Source of the DNA: an uncultured Chloroflexia bacterium | GTDB taxonomy: Bacteria; Chloroflexota; Chloroflexia; Thermomicrobiales; UBA6265 | Reading direction: 5' to 3' | Length of the DNA: 64,000 nt | Assembly: GCA_963724295.1 (NCBI GenBank) | Contig: CAVRUC010000007.1 | Location: 416,001-480,000 of the forward strand | Notes under the pieces: model-generated | Told to the model about the DNA's origin: nothing | What the model saw: only the letters and a program-made list of their open reading frames with translations | Database searches by the model: none | Position numbers and translations under genes: made by a program | In this document: piece by piece, positions 9,690 through 19,980 of the stretch | How the letters are laid out: every line of letters starts with the position of its first letter | Position numbering within the stretch: position 1 is the stretch's first letter

Positions 9690-11420
9690 GTGGCATACCA
9701 CCGCTATGACGCGGTCATTGTCGGCGCCGGCGGCGCCGGCCTGATGGCGGCCATCCAGATGGCCGGCAAGGCCAATATCGCGGTTATCAGCAAGCTGTAT
9801 CCAACGCGGTCCCACACGGGAGCGGCGCAGGGCGGCATCAGCGCGGCCCTCGGTAACGTCGAGGAAGATCACTGGCAGTGGCACATGTTCGACACCGTCA
9901 AGGGTGGCGATTATCTCGTCGATCAGGACGCGGCGGAAGTGCTCGCTCGCGAAGCTGTCGATGCCGTGCTCGAGCTCGAGCACATGGGCCTACCGTTCAA
10001 TCGCACGCCTGATGGCCGCATGGATCAGCGCCGTTTCGGGGGTCACACCCGGAACTTCGGTGAGGGCCCAGTCAAGCGCGCCTGTTACGCGGCCGACCGT
10101 ACCGGGCACATGATCCTGCAAACGCTTTATCAGCAGGGGATCAAGCACCAGGTCAATTTTCTCGACGAGTTCCACGTGCTCGATCTGCTGGTCAGTGACG
10201 ACGGCCGCGCCTGCGGTGTCGTCGCGCTGGAACTGCGCACGGGTGAGATCCATACCATCCATGCCAAGAGCGTGCTCTGGGCCACGGGCGGGTTTGGCCG
10301 CATCTTCAGCGTCACGTCGAACGCCATGGCCGGCACCGGAGACGGTTTCTCGATCCCCTTCCGGCGTGGTGTGCCGCTGATGGACATGGAGTTCTATCAA
10401 TTCCACCCCACGGGGATCTACAAGTTCGGCATTCTCCTCTCTGAAGCAGCCCGCGGCGAGGGCGGCATCCTCCGCAACGGTCTTGGCGAGGCCTTCGCCG
10501 AGCGATATGCGCCGACGCTCAAGGATCTGGCGCCGCGCGATATGGTCTCGCGCTTCATCTATCAGGAGATCAAAGAGGGGCGCGGAGTCGATGGCAAGGA
10601 TTATGTCTATCTCGATCTGTCACACCTGTCCGAGGACGTCATCGACAAGAAGCTCCCGGACATCACCGATTTTGCCAGGACGTATCTCGGCATCGAACCG
10701 AAGCGTGACCCGATGCCGATTCAACCGACGGCCCACTACGCGATGGGCGGCATTCCCACCGACCTCGACGGCCGGGTGCTTGCGGACGCGGACGGTAATA
10801 CCATTCCAGGGCTCTACTCCGCCGGCGAGAACGCCTGCGTCTCCGTGCACGGCGCCAATCGGCTCGGCACCAATTCGCTGGTCGACCTCGTCGTGTTCGG
10901 CCGACGCGCCGGTCGGCACATGCTGGAGTTCGACCGTCTGAGCGATTTACCGCCGCTGCCGGTCGATCCGGAGTTCGTGGCTCAGGCTCAAGTCTCCGAC
11001 CTGCTTTTTCGGCCAAAGGGCGAGCGAGTCGCCGATCTTCGTCACGAACTGCAAACGCTCATGATGGACCAGGCCTCAGTCGTGCGCAGCGCCGAGAGTC
11101 TGACCCAGGCAAAGCAAGGCATCGCCCGCCTTCGCTCGCGCTACGCGTACGCGGGCATCGACGACCATGGGCCAACGTTCAACACCGACCTCACGGAAGC
11201 GTTGGAATTGGGAGCAATGCTCGACTGCGCGGAAGCCCTGGTCGAGGGGGCCCTGGCGCGGGAGGAGAGTCGAGGGGCTCACTATCGCACCGACTTTCCC
11301 GAGCGCGACGACGCGAACTGGCTCAAGCACACCATGCTGCGCAAGACATCCGGGGGTCTGGAACTGACCAAGAAAACGGTTTCGATCACCGAGTTCCAGC
11401 CCAAGGAGCGAAAGTACTGA
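9690..11420 (+). CDS. sdhA: Succinate dehydrogenase flavoprotein subunit
   Basis: [16 protein letters not shown] (FAD-His), [29 protein letters not shown]. Confidence 0.96.
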   Translation: MAYHRYDAVIVGAGGAGLMAAIQMAGKANIAVISKLYPTRSHTGAAQGGISAALGNVEEDHWQWHMFDTVKGGDYLVDQDAAEVLAREAVDAVLELEHMGLPFNRTPDGRMDQRRFGGHTRNFGEGPVKRACYAADRTGHMILQTLYQQGIKHQVNFLDEFHVLDLLVSDDGRACGVVALELRTGEIHTIHAKSVLWATGGFGRIFSVTSNAMAGTGDGFSIPFRRGVPLMDMEFYQFHPTGIYKFGILLSEAARGEGGILRNGLGEAFAERYAPTLKDLAPRDMVSRFIYQEIKEGRGVDGKDYVYLDLSHLSEDVIDKKLPDITDFARTYLGIEPKRDPMPIQPTAHYAMGGIPTDLDGRVLADADGNTIPGLYSAGENACVSVHGANRLGTNSLVDLVVFGRRAGRHMLEFDRLSDLPPLPVDPEFVAQAQVSDLLFRPKGERVADLRHELQTLMMDQASVVRSAESLTQAKQGIARLRSRYAYAGIDDHGPTFNTDLTEALELGAMLDCAEALVEGALAREESRGAHYRTDFPERDDANWLKHTMLRKTSGGLELTKKTVSITEFQPKERKY

Positions 11421-11502
11421 GTTCGTTGGCCGCCGATCTCTGGCTACTGTTCCCGGCGAGGAGCGGTCCAGACCCGTCCAGGTCGCCTAGAGGAGCTTTG
11501 CA

Positions 11503-12201
11503 TTGGATTACACGTTTCGTATCAAGCGCTATGACCCTGACCGCGACGTCAAACCGCATTTCGAGGAATACACCGTAGATCTGGAACCGAGCGACCGGGT
11601 CCTCGATGGTCTGAACGAGATCAAATGGCAACAGGACGGATCGCTGACCTACCGGCGCTCTTGCGCCCACGGCGTCTGTGGGTCCGACGCCATGCGCATC
11701 AACGGCCGTAACTACCTGGCCTGCAAGACCTTGATGAAGGAATTCGGAAAGAAGATCACCGTCGAGCCGCTGATCGGATTCACGGTCATCAAGGATCTCG
11801 TCGTCGACATGGATCAGTTCTTCGCCAGCTACGAGGCGATCAAGCCCTATCTCATCGCTGGCGACGCGCCGGCGTCCGAGGAACGGCGGCAGACGCCCGA
11901 GCAACTCGACCGCTACGAGGAAGCCACCAAGTGCATCCTCTGCGCGTCATGCACGACGTCGTGTCCCATCACCTGGACGAACGAGAGCTTCGTCGGGCCG
12001 GCGGCGATCGTCAATGCGGCGCGCTTCATTTACGACAGCCGCGACGAAGGCGCCGCGGAGCGACTGCGCATCTTGAACACACAGGCCGGTGTCTGGCGCT
12101 GCCGTACGATCTTCAATTGCACCGATGCCTGTCCGAGGGACATCAAGGTCACGAATATCATCGAGGACGTCAAGCGCACGCTGCTGCTGGAACAGGTTTA
12201 G
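11503..12201 (+). CDS. sdhB: Succinate dehydrogenase iron-sulfur subunit
   Basis: RRSCAHGVCGSD, CILCASCTTSCP, CRTIFNCTDACP. Confidence 0.96.
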   Translation: MDYTFRIKRYDPDRDVKPHFEEYTVDLEPSDRVLDGLNEIKWQQDGSLTYRRSCAHGVCGSDAMRINGRNYLACKTLMKEFGKKITVEPLIGFTVIKDLVVDMDQFFASYEAIKPYLIAGDAPASEERRQTPEQLDRYEEATKCILCASCTTSCPITWTNESFVGPAAIVNAARFIYDSRDEGAAERLRILNTQAGVWRCRTIFNCTDACPRDIKVTNIIEDVKRTLLLEQV

Positions 12202-12232
12202 GGGCGGGAGCGGGAGCGGGCAAGGGTCTGGG

Positions 12233-12698
12233 ATGGGATCACTCTGGACCTGGCTAAGCACGCCTCCCGGCACGAACGAAGTGCTCGATCTCTTCGGTGC
12301 GCTCTGCCTCTTGCTCTTTGCGCCCGGGTATCGTGCTCTCCGCCTACCTTGCGGGACCTGGCGCGAGTCGATTGGCGAAAAATTCGATTCAGTTCGCCGG
12401 AATCAGGTATTGGGCGACGATTGGACTCTGGGTATTCGGCGCCGGCCTCTTCTTCTTCGGAGTGCGGGCTTTACAGATCAACCCGCTGGCATTCGGCGCA
12501 CCCATTTGGTTGATTGTCTGCGTCCTCGCCGTAGTCTTCACCGCCACGCGCTGCATTGATTGGTGGCTCACGGTTTATCCGGCGGAGCGAGGACGCCGCT
12601 TCGTAGTGGAGACCGTCCAGTCACCTTCCGACCTTGGGAGCCGCGTGAGCAGCCCGGCGTCCAGGCCAACGATTCCCGAACCGACAGTCCGAAGGTAG
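12233..12698 (+). CDS. Hypothetical membrane protein (about 3 TM), frame break near 12325
   Basis: MGSLWTWLS...LLLFAPG joins to IVLSAYLAG...WWLTVYP in another frame; hydrophobic segments. Confidence 0.55.
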
Positions 12699-12750
12699 GC
12701 GCCGGCATGCAGAACGCCCCGCTCTGGTAATGAGCGAGGCGTCCGAGAAT

Positions 12751-13017
12751 GGCCGTGCACCTCTTGTCGATCTCGCCGCTCCGGCTTGTCGCCGGTCGCC
12801 GGCTCAGGTCAGGCTTCCCCTCGTCACCCGGGGAGGTCGGTTTACGGCTGCTACCTTCCGGTCCTGACCGGGTTCGCCGTTCCCCGCCGCGTGGGACCTT
12901 TCCGTCAACGCCGCGTGCCGTCGCCAGTCCCGAAGCACCGGACCTCGAAGAGGAGTTCAACCCCGCTGAGGCGGGTTGCGGGTACAGGGCACCGCCAGCT
13001 CCCCATCTAGCACGACC
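12751..13017 (-). ncRNA. ffs: Signal recognition particle RNA, large bacterial (Alu-containing) type
   Basis: Minus strand GGTCGTGCTAGATGGGGAGCTGGCGGTGCCCTGTACCCGCAACCCGC... GTCAGGACCGGAAGGTAGCAGC ...GAGGTGCACGGCC, matching the Bacillus scRNA layout; 5' and 3' ends pair. Confidence 0.95.
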
Positions 13018-13023
13018 GTTCCA

Positions 13024-13052
13024 AGTGTAGTTTTCTGTCAAGCTGATGTCAA
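13024..13052 (-). promoter_or_regulatory. Promoter of the SRP RNA
   Basis: TTGACA-17 nt-TACACT immediately upstream of the RNA 5' end. Confidence 0.85.
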
Positions 13053-13087
13053 AACGCGGCCCGCGGATCTCGCCGCTCGGATGTTGC

Positions 13088-13435
13088 TCACGGGCAAACG
13101 AGTGGCCATGACTCCGGTTGCGGCCCCGCATCGCCCATGTCTGGATTTTCGGAGAGCCGGCGCAGAATTCTTACGCGCAGGTCGTCACAGCATCGTACCT
13201 GGCAGGACAGCCGCATGTTCGGCGGGATCTCATCGAGCGTGGCGAGCTTGTCCCGCTCGGCATCAGTCATCGGGCCTGGATCGCCATCCAGAATCTGCAC
13301 TCTGCACGTCGTGCACCGCGCGTTGCCGCCGCAACGATGCAGGATATCGACCCCGGAGTCCATGATGGCCAGCACCAGTCGTTGGCCGTCCTGCGCGCTG
13401 GTCCGTCCGATTCCCTCCATCTCAACCATCGCCAC
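13088..13435 (-). CDS. 2Fe-2S ferredoxin
   Basis: HRCGGNARCTTC...RLSCQ. Confidence 0.88.
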   Translation of the reverse strand: MAMVEMEGIGRTSAQDGQRLVLAIMDSGVDILHRCGGNARCTTCRVQILDGDPGPMTDAERDKLATLDEIPPNMRLSCQVRCCDDLRVRILRRLSENPDMGDAGPQPESWPLVCP

Positions 13436-13532
13436 GAATCGCTCACCTCCCCGATCCCGAATCGCTCGTCAAATCCCACCCGTCGAGATCCTCTCGGCCG
13501 ACTATGCGCTTCCCATGCCACGCAGTGTCAAA

Positions 13533-13955
13533 TCAGGCGTGGTAGCGCGGACCCCCAACCAACCGCTGGCGAAAGCGCTCGGAGAACTCCGCGGCATGTG
13601 GCCCGGCCAACACCACCGAACCGCTGTGTCCGTGTCGAGACGACCCGGTGACGAATGCGTAGACGATCGCACCTTCGACAAATCGGCGCTCGCTGTAGAA
13701 AATCTCGACGCTGATCCGCGCGAAGATGTCGAACGCGACTTGATCGGCAGTCATGAGATCCGAAATCGGCCGGTCGACCCAGAATTGCAGGGTAATGTGA
13801 TGCTCGTCGAGCTCCGGTTCGCCGATCATGTGAACGTCGTCGACGTCGGCCACCAGCCGCTCAGCTTCGATCGCGAACCGTATGTTCGCGTCGGTATTTT
13901 CCGCCCAGCCTTGCCCGAAGCGGGAACTCAAGGCCTCCACGATGTCGTCGACCAT
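13533..13955 (-). CDS. Hypothetical protein
   Basis: Protein-like composition; GAGGGG RBS before ATG 13955; no recognised family. Confidence 0.65.
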   Translation of the reverse strand: MVDDIVEALSSRFGQGWAENTDANIRFAIEAERLVADVDDVHMIGEPELDEHHITLQFWVDRPISDLMTADQVAFDIFARISVEIFYSERRFVEGAIVYAFVTGSSRHGHSGSVVLAGPHAAEFSERFRQRLVGGPRYHA

Positions 13956-14190
13956 GCGGTCGCTCTGCCCCCTCAGTCGTTGCCCGGCGAACTGCCCTTG
14001 AATCGCCCCAATACTAGCGTCGGCGCCCTGGTCGCGTCCCGAGACGCGCCTTGCGGCTGGCCGAAATCTGGGCGGCGGGCAACACATCCGAAACTGACCA
14101 CGGAAGTGCATTGGGGACCGATACGCCTGCCCACGAGAGGCTCTGCTAAGCTGTGCCTGAAATCTGATTCAGCTGTAAGGAGCATGCCGG

Positions 14191-14460
14191 GTGGTGCAGC
14201 GAGTTCTCGATTGGGTCTTCAAACGGGAGCGGGAGAAGCCTGATATCCCGGTCTGTCCGAACCACGATATTCCGATGCAGATGCGTGGCGTCATGGGCCG
14301 GCCGGCCCGTTTCAGTTACCAGACTGAAGAGACGTACACGGTGATCTACTTCTGTCCGGTCCCCGGGTGCGCCGAAACCGCCGAAGTGCAGCTGGCGATG
14401 ACCCAGATTCCCGTGCCGGGTGCGGCGCCGCGCCGCCCGGATTACGCCCGGCGAGACTGA
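14191..14460 (+). CDS. Small putative zinc-ribbon protein
   Basis: CPNH...CPVPGC motif; AAGGAG RBS upstream. Confidence 0.65.
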   Translation: MVQRVLDWVFKREREKPDIPVCPNHDIPMQMRGVMGRPARFSYQTEETYTVIYFCPVPGCAETAEVQLAMTQIPVPGAAPRRPDYARRD

Positions 14461-15014
14461 GCGGGCGCGTCAGCGCCGATATTCTCGTCCTGGTAGGCGC
14501 CGTCGTAACCGCGACCAGTCGGCGCATCGAGGGTGAAGAACACCAGCTGCAGCAAACGAGCCGCGCGCTCGATGCGGATGCCGGCCGGGTTTAGGACAAT
14601 CAGTAACGCCGTCGACCGGCCCCGGTATCCCGCATCCCAGACCGCTGTCGCGAGGGTTGCGCCGGCGCGGCAGAGACTCGATCGCGGCCTCCCCAGTGCC
14701 ATCAGCGTCTTTGGAAGATCGACGATCTCGTTGAAGACGATCTGGTATGACCCCGGTAGTAGATCCAACCAACCCGTCTCGTCGAACGGCAATGCTCGGA
14801 CATCCGGAAGGGACCGGCTGGAGTTGGTTCGGCCAATGGCGCCGCCGTTCGTGAACTCGCCGATTTCGGCGACACTCAGGTCGAACCCGTTGGGCTGCAG
14901 CTGATCCTCGATCGAGTGATAGCCGGAGATCAGCGGTTGCGCTCCGTGGATCAGCGCCAGCAACCGTTCCCGACCCAGGGCGCCACCGAGCTGGAGACGA
15001 TCGTCCTCGCTCAT
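14442..15014 (-). CDS. dUTPase / dCTP deaminase family protein
   Basis: QLQPNGFDL, PRSSL, AVWDAGYRG, LLQLVF, YDGAYQ; ATG 15014 overlaps the Rieske stop. Confidence 0.85.
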   Translation of the reverse strand: MSEDDRLQLGGALGRERLLALIHGAQPLISGYHSIEDQLQPNGFDLSVAEIGEFTNGGAIGRTNSSRSLPDVRALPFDETGWLDLLPGSYQIVFNEIVDLPKTLMALGRPRSSLCRAGATLATAVWDAGYRGRSTALLIVLNPAGIRIERAARLLQLVFFTLDAPTGRGYDGAYQDENIGADAPAQSRRA

Positions 15015-15358
15015 GGTGAACCGACTCGCTTGGCGGCGAAGACGGTGTCGCCCTCGACCTTGATCGCAAACGTCTCCACCGGAACGACCACCGGGAAGTT
15101 GGCCGGCAATCCGGTGCGAATCTCGAACGCACCTCCATGCAAGGGGCATTCGATCTCGTCGCCGATCACCTCGCCATCGGAGAGCGGCGCATCTTCGTGC
15201 GTGCACATGTCGTGGAGCGCGAAGAACTCGCCCTCGAGGTTGATGAGGGCGACCGGGTCATTACCGACTTCGACGTACATCACCTCACCAGGGCTCAGGT
15301 CAGTCGTCCTGGCGACCTCATGCCACTCCAGATTCTCAGCCAAGCAGACCTCGGTCAA
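15011..15358 (-). CDS. Rieske-type ferredoxin
   Basis: CTH...IECPLHG. Confidence 0.9.
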   Translation of the reverse strand: MTEVCLAENLEWHEVARTTDLSPGEVMYVEVGNDPVALINLEGEFFALHDMCTHEDAPLSDGEVIGDEIECPLHGGAFEIRTGLPANFPVVVPVETFAIKVEGDTVFAAKRVGSP

Positions 15359-15392
15359 TTCTCAAAGAGAAACCAGCGAGCAATCCGAGACC

Positions 15393-15782
15393 CTACAGTG
15401 AATCGTCGGCTGGCGGAACGCCGTAAATCCCGGCTTTGAGCACCTTGAGCCCGAGCATGGCACATTTCATCCGCGCCGGGCTGATCGGCACGCCCAGCTC
15501 TTCGAGGAGATCCTCGCGGCTGATCGCTTTCACCTCATCCAGCGGCTGGCCGTCGACCATCTCCATCAGGATCGACGCCGCCGCCTGACTGATGGCACAT
15601 CCGCGCCCGGAGAACCGGACATCGGTGACACGCTCGCCGTCGGTTCGCACGTCGATCCTGATCTCGTCTCCGCACAGCGGGTTGACGTCTTCGTAGGAAA
15701 AATCCGCGGGATCAAGTGTGCCCTGGTTCCGCGGGTTGCGGTAGTGGTCGAGAATCGCCTCGCGATACAGGCTGTCTGTCAC
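15393..15782 (-). CDS. sufU: SUF-system NifU-like protein
   Basis: ILDHYRNPRN, NPLCGD, GCAISQA, RMKCA. Confidence 0.92.
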   Translation of the reverse strand: MTDSLYREAILDHYRNPRNQGTLDPADFSYEDVNPLCGDEIRIDVRTDGERVTDVRFSGRGCAISQAAASILMEMVDGQPLDEVKAISREDLLEELGVPISPARMKCAMLGLKVLKAGIYGVPPADDSL

Positions 15783-15794
15783 GTCTTTCCCGCC

Positions 15795-17048
15795 CTACGC
15801 CGCGAAGATCGCCCGCGCCTGATGGAGCCCGGATACGAGGCGATCTACGTCTTCATCATCGTTGTACACATAGAACGAAGCTCGCGCTGTGCCGACCAGA
15901 CCGAGGCGATCCATCAGGGGCTGGCAGCAGTGATGGCCGGCACGCACCGCCACGTTCTCCTCATTCAAGATGGCCGCCACGTCGTGCGGGTGGATGTCCG
16001 CGAGCGTAAACGAGATGACGCCCGCGCGGTCATCCGCATCGTCGGGACCATAGACGCGAATATCGGGTACGTCTCCCAACTGCTGCAACGCCTTCGCCGT
16101 CAGCGTCCGCTCGTGCTCGCGCACCGCCGCCATCCCGATCGACTGCAAATACTCGACCGCGGCACCGAGTCCGATGGCGTCGCCGACCGACGGAGTTCCC
16201 GCTTCGAATCGCGCGGGAACATCGCCCCAGGTCGAGCGCTCGATCGACACCTTGCGGATCATTCCCCCGCCGCCCATGAACGGCGGCAGCGCTTCGAGCA
16301 GGCCGAGCTTGCCGTAGAGCGCGCCAGAGCCCATCGGTCCCAGCATCTTGTGCCCGGAAAAGGCAAGGAAATCGGCATCCAGGGCCTGAACGTCGACCGG
16401 CATGTGAGGCACGCTCTGGGCCGCGTCAACGACGACCACGGCGCCGGCATCGTGGGCCAGGCGAATGATCTCGGCGGCCGGGTTGATCGTGCCCAAACTG
16501 TTCGAGACGTGCGGAAACGCCACGAGACGGGGCCTCTTCGCCAGAAGCTGATGCAGATGGTCGAGATCGAGCTTTCCATCATCGGTGAGGCGCACGGCCT
16601 CGATGCGGGCATCCTTCTCTTCAGCCAGAAGCTGCCACGGCACCAGGTTGGAGTGATGATCCATCGTGGTGACGACGATCAGATCGCCGGCCCTGACGTT
16701 GCGCCGGCCCCACGTGTGGGCGACGAGGTTGATCGCCTCGGTCGTATTGCGGACGAAGACGATCTCCCGCGCGGACTCGGCGTTGACGAAGTCGGCCACC
16801 ATGTGCCGGGCCGCCTCGTACTGCGCCGTCGCCCGTTCCGACAGGTCGTAGACACCGCGATGAATGTTGGCGTTCGTCTCCCGGTAGTAGCGGTCGACCG
16901 CGGCGATGACCCGCTCGGGTTTCTGCGAGCTGGCCGCGCTATCGAGAAACGCCAATCGGGTCCCGCGCTCGTTCCCGGAGGCGAGAATCGGGAAATCCTC
17001 CCGTACTCTTGCCCAATCGACGACGTTGTCAGCGGCGGTCGTAACCAT
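15795..17048 (-). CDS. sufS: Cysteine desulfurase
   Basis: LDSAASSQKP, FSGHKM, FEAGTP, VRAGHHC. Confidence 0.95.
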   Translation of the reverse strand: MVTTAADNVVDWARVREDFPILASGNERGTRLAFLDSAASSQKPERVIAAVDRYYRETNANIHRGVYDLSERATAQYEAARHMVADFVNAESAREIVFVRNTTEAINLVAHTWGRRNVRAGDLIVVTTMDHHSNLVPWQLLAEEKDARIEAVRLTDDGKLDLDHLHQLLAKRPRLVAFPHVSNSLGTINPAAEIIRLAHDAGAVVVVDAAQSVPHMPVDVQALDADFLAFSGHKMLGPMGSGALYGKLGLLEALPPFMGGGGMIRKVSIERSTWGDVPARFEAGTPSVGDAIGLGAAVEYLQSIGMAAVREHERTLTAKALQQLGDVPDIRVYGPDDADDRAGVISFTLADIHPHDVAAILNEENVAVRAGHHCCQPLMDRLGLVGTARASFYVYNDDEDVDRLVSGLHQARAIFAA

Positions 17049-17090
17049 GATCCGACTTCCTTCAGACGAGCCCCGCGGGAAGGACAAGCG

Positions 17091-18467
17091 TCAAATACCA
17101 ACCTTGCGGGCAATCGCCGTTTCGAGAAAGCTCTGAATCTCTTCGACCGGCACCCGGTCGATGACCGGCCGGAAGAACCCCTCGACGATCAAGTTCTGCG
17201 CCTCGGAGCGTGGTAGCCCGCGCGCCTGCAGGTAGAAGAGGTGCTCTTCCTCGACCTGGGAGACCGTCGCGCCGTGCGTGCAGCGGACATCGTTGGCGGC
17301 GATCTCCAGATTCGGAATCGAGTCCGCGCGCGCCGTCCGGCTGAGGATGAGGTTGCGATTCTGCTGATAGGCGTCGGTCTTCTGCGCGCCCTCTTCGACC
17401 TTGATCAAACCTGAGTAGACGGAACGGGCATTACCCTTGAGTGCGCCTTTGAACTCGAGGTCGCTGGTGCCGTACGGAGACTCGTGGAGCTGCCAGGTGT
17501 GGTGATCGAAGAACTGGTCGCCGTCGCCAAAATAGATGCCCAGCATCTCAGCCAGGGTGTTTTTGCCGCGCAAATGAGCGGCAATCGACGACTTCGAGAA
17601 CTTGGCGCCCAGGGTCACGTGGAGCGAGTTCAAGGTCGCGTCCTGACCGAGGATCGCGCGCTCGGTCATGAAGTTCCAGACGTCGCGGCCCCAATCCTGA
17701 ACCTGCACGTAGCGCAGCTTGGCGTCCTGGCCGACGATCAGCTCGACGACGGCCGAGGCAAACGACTGCCCGTCCTGCGACGGCGACCGGAAGGCATCGG
17801 CGACGAACGCCTGGGCGCCCTCCTCGATGACAGCCAGGGTGTGCGAGAAGACAGCTGCTCCCGGCTGCGAAATCAGGCTGAACGCCCGGAATGGGGCATC
17901 GACCGTGACGCCCCGCGGGACGTAGAGAAACGAGCCTCCCTGCCAGAAGGCGGCATGCAGCGCCTGGAACTTGCCCAACGACGGTTGCACCGCCTGGGTC
18001 ATGAAGTAGCGCTCCACCAGGTCCGGGTGCTCCCGGTATGCCGTGGCCAGATCGGTGAAGATGACGCCCTTGGCGGCAACGTCGGGATCGAGCGACGTCA
18101 GAATCGTCGCCGCATCTCGCTGCACGATGACCCCGGCGTTGGGACCGAGCGCGATCTGCGCGGCCGCGTCCTCGACTCCAGCTTCTTCCAGGGCCTGGAC
18201 GGGAGCGATCCCGGGAACAGCAGCACCGGCTGCCGGACGGAGGCGATCGAGCTTCAGAGCGCGCAGGTCGGTGCGGCGCCACTCCTCATCGGTCCTCGTC
18301 GGCATCGGCAGCGATTCATACAGCCCCCAGGCGCGCAGGCGCGCGTCTCGACTGGCGCCGGTTTCGATGTTGGCTCGGGAGACGGCTTCGACACCTTCCC
18401 GGGAGAATCCCGTCTCCGGTGTTTGCACATGCGCCTGCAGGTCGCTAACTTCAGCGATAGTACTCAT
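17091..18467 (-). CDS. sufD: Fe-S cluster assembly protein SufD
   Basis: EEWRRTDL, PNLEI, DVRCTHGATV, FYLQARG. Confidence 0.93.
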   Translation of the reverse strand: MSTIAEVSDLQAHVQTPETGFSREGVEAVSRANIETGASRDARLRAWGLYESLPMPTRTDEEWRRTDLRALKLDRLRPAAGAAVPGIAPVQALEEAGVEDAAAQIALGPNAGVIVQRDAATILTSLDPDVAAKGVIFTDLATAYREHPDLVERYFMTQAVQPSLGKFQALHAAFWQGGSFLYVPRGVTVDAPFRAFSLISQPGAAVFSHTLAVIEEGAQAFVADAFRSPSQDGQSFASAVVELIVGQDAKLRYVQVQDWGRDVWNFMTERAILGQDATLNSLHVTLGAKFSKSSIAAHLRGKNTLAEMLGIYFGDGDQFFDHHTWQLHESPYGTSDLEFKGALKGNARSVYSGLIKVEEGAQKTDAYQQNRNLILSRTARADSIPNLEIAANDVRCTHGATVSQVEEEHLFYLQARGLPRSEAQNLIVEGFFRPVIDRVPVEEIQSFLETAIARKVGI

Positions 18468-18537
18468 GGATATGCGATCTCCAATTAGCGAATGTGGAGA
18501 GCGAAGTGCAGCAGCGCCCCGCTCCCCGAGATACCAA

Positions 18538-19938
18538 TTACCCGACGGAACCTTCCATCTCGAGCTGGATCAACCGGTTCAGCTCGACGGCGTACTCGAG
18601 CGGGAGCTCCTTGGCGATCGGCTCGATGAACCCGTTGACGATCATGCTCATCGCCTCGTCCTCGGAGAGGCCGCGGCTCATCAAGTAGAAGATCTGCTCT
18701 TCCGCAACCTTGGAGACCGTCGCCTCGTGACCGATTGAGGCCCGCTCCTCCTCGACTTCAATGTAGGGATAGGTATCGGTCTTGCTGGTCTCATCCAGCA
18801 GCAATGCGTCACAGACGACGTTGCTGCGGACCTCCTCGGCCCCCTTGTAGACCTTCACCAGACCGCGGTAGGAAGAGCGGCCAGTTCCCTTCGAGATCGA
18901 CTTCGAGATGATCTGGGACGATGTCCGCGGCGCGACGTGAACGACCTTGCCGCCCGCGTCCTGGTGCTGGCCGTCGCTGGCAAACGCGACCGACAGGATC
19001 TCGCCGCGAGCCCCTTCCTCCATCAGCCAGACTGCCGGGTACTTCATCGTGACCTTCGAGCCCAGGTTACCGTCGACCCACTCCATCGTCGCGTTCTTGT
19101 AAGCCGCCGCTCGCTTGGTGACGAGGTTGTAGACGTTCTTCGACCAGTTCTGGATCGTGGTGTAGCGGCAGCGCCCACCCTCGAGCACAACGATCTCGAC
19201 CACCGCCGAGTGCAAGCTGTTGGTCGTGTAGGTCGGCGCGGTGCACCCTTCGACGTAGTGCACGTAGGCGTCCTTGTCGACGATGATCAGGGTCCGCTCG
19301 AACTGACCCATGTTCTCGGCATTGATGCGGAAGTAGGCCTGCAGCGGAACGTCAATCCGGACTCCGGGCGGCACGTAGATGAACGAGCCACCCGACCAAA
19401 CCGCCGAGTTGAGCGCGGCGAACTTGTTGTCGTTGTAGGGAATGATCGTCCCGAAATACTTCTTGACCAGCTCCGGGTGCTCGCGTACCCCGGAATCCAT
19501 GTCGAGGAAGATCACGCCCTGCTTCTCGAGGTCTTCGCGCAGTGAGTGATAGATGACCTCACTCTCGTACTGCGCGCCGACTCCAGCCAGGAACTTCCGT
19601 TCCGCCTCGGGAATGCCGAGCTTCTCGAAGGTGTTCTTGATGTACTCCGGAACCTCTTCCCACGTCTTGCCCTGCTTCTCGGCGGGGCGGATGTAGTAGA
19701 AGATGTCGTCGAAATCGATCCCGGACAGGTCCGCGCCCCAGTTCGGCATCGGGCGCTTCTGGAAGTGCTCCAGCGCCTTCAACCGAAAATCGCGCATCCA
19801 TTCGGGCTCGTCCTTCATCGACGAGATCTCTTCGACGGTGGCGCGGGTCAACCCTCGCCCGCTCTTGAAAACGTAGTCTTCCTCGTCCCGGAAGCCGTAC
19901 TGATACTCACCAATGTCAATCTGTGGCTTGGCGACCAT
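18538..19938 (-). CDS. sufB: Fe-S cluster assembly protein SufB
   Basis: [35 protein letters not shown]; no intein seen. Confidence 0.97.
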   Translation of the reverse strand: MVAKPQIDIGEYQYGFRDEEDYVFKSGRGLTRATVEEISSMKDEPEWMRDFRLKALEHFQKRPMPNWGADLSGIDFDDIFYYIRPAEKQGKTWEEVPEYIKNTFEKLGIPEAERKFLAGVGAQYESEVIYHSLREDLEKQGVIFLDMDSGVREHPELVKKYFGTIIPYNDNKFAALNSAVWSGGSFIYVPPGVRIDVPLQAYFRINAENMGQFERTLIIVDKDAYVHYVEGCTAPTYTTNSLHSAVVEIVVLEGGRCRYTTIQNWSKNVYNLVTKRAAAYKNATMEWVDGNLGSKVTMKYPAVWLMEEGARGEILSVAFASDGQHQDAGGKVVHVAPRTSSQIISKSISKGTGRSSYRGLVKVYKGAEEVRSNVVCDALLLDETSKTDTYPYIEVEEERASIGHEATVSKVAEEQIFYLMSRGLSEDEAMSMIVNGFIEPIAKELPLEYAVELNRLIQLEMEGSVG

Positions 19939-19980
19939 GGTCTGATTCCTCCCGCGATCGGACTCGATGCCCGGTCGCCG

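Noticed and set aside
12568..13131. ORFs over the 12.7-13.0 kb region
   Set aside because: The region is the SRP RNA and its promoter.
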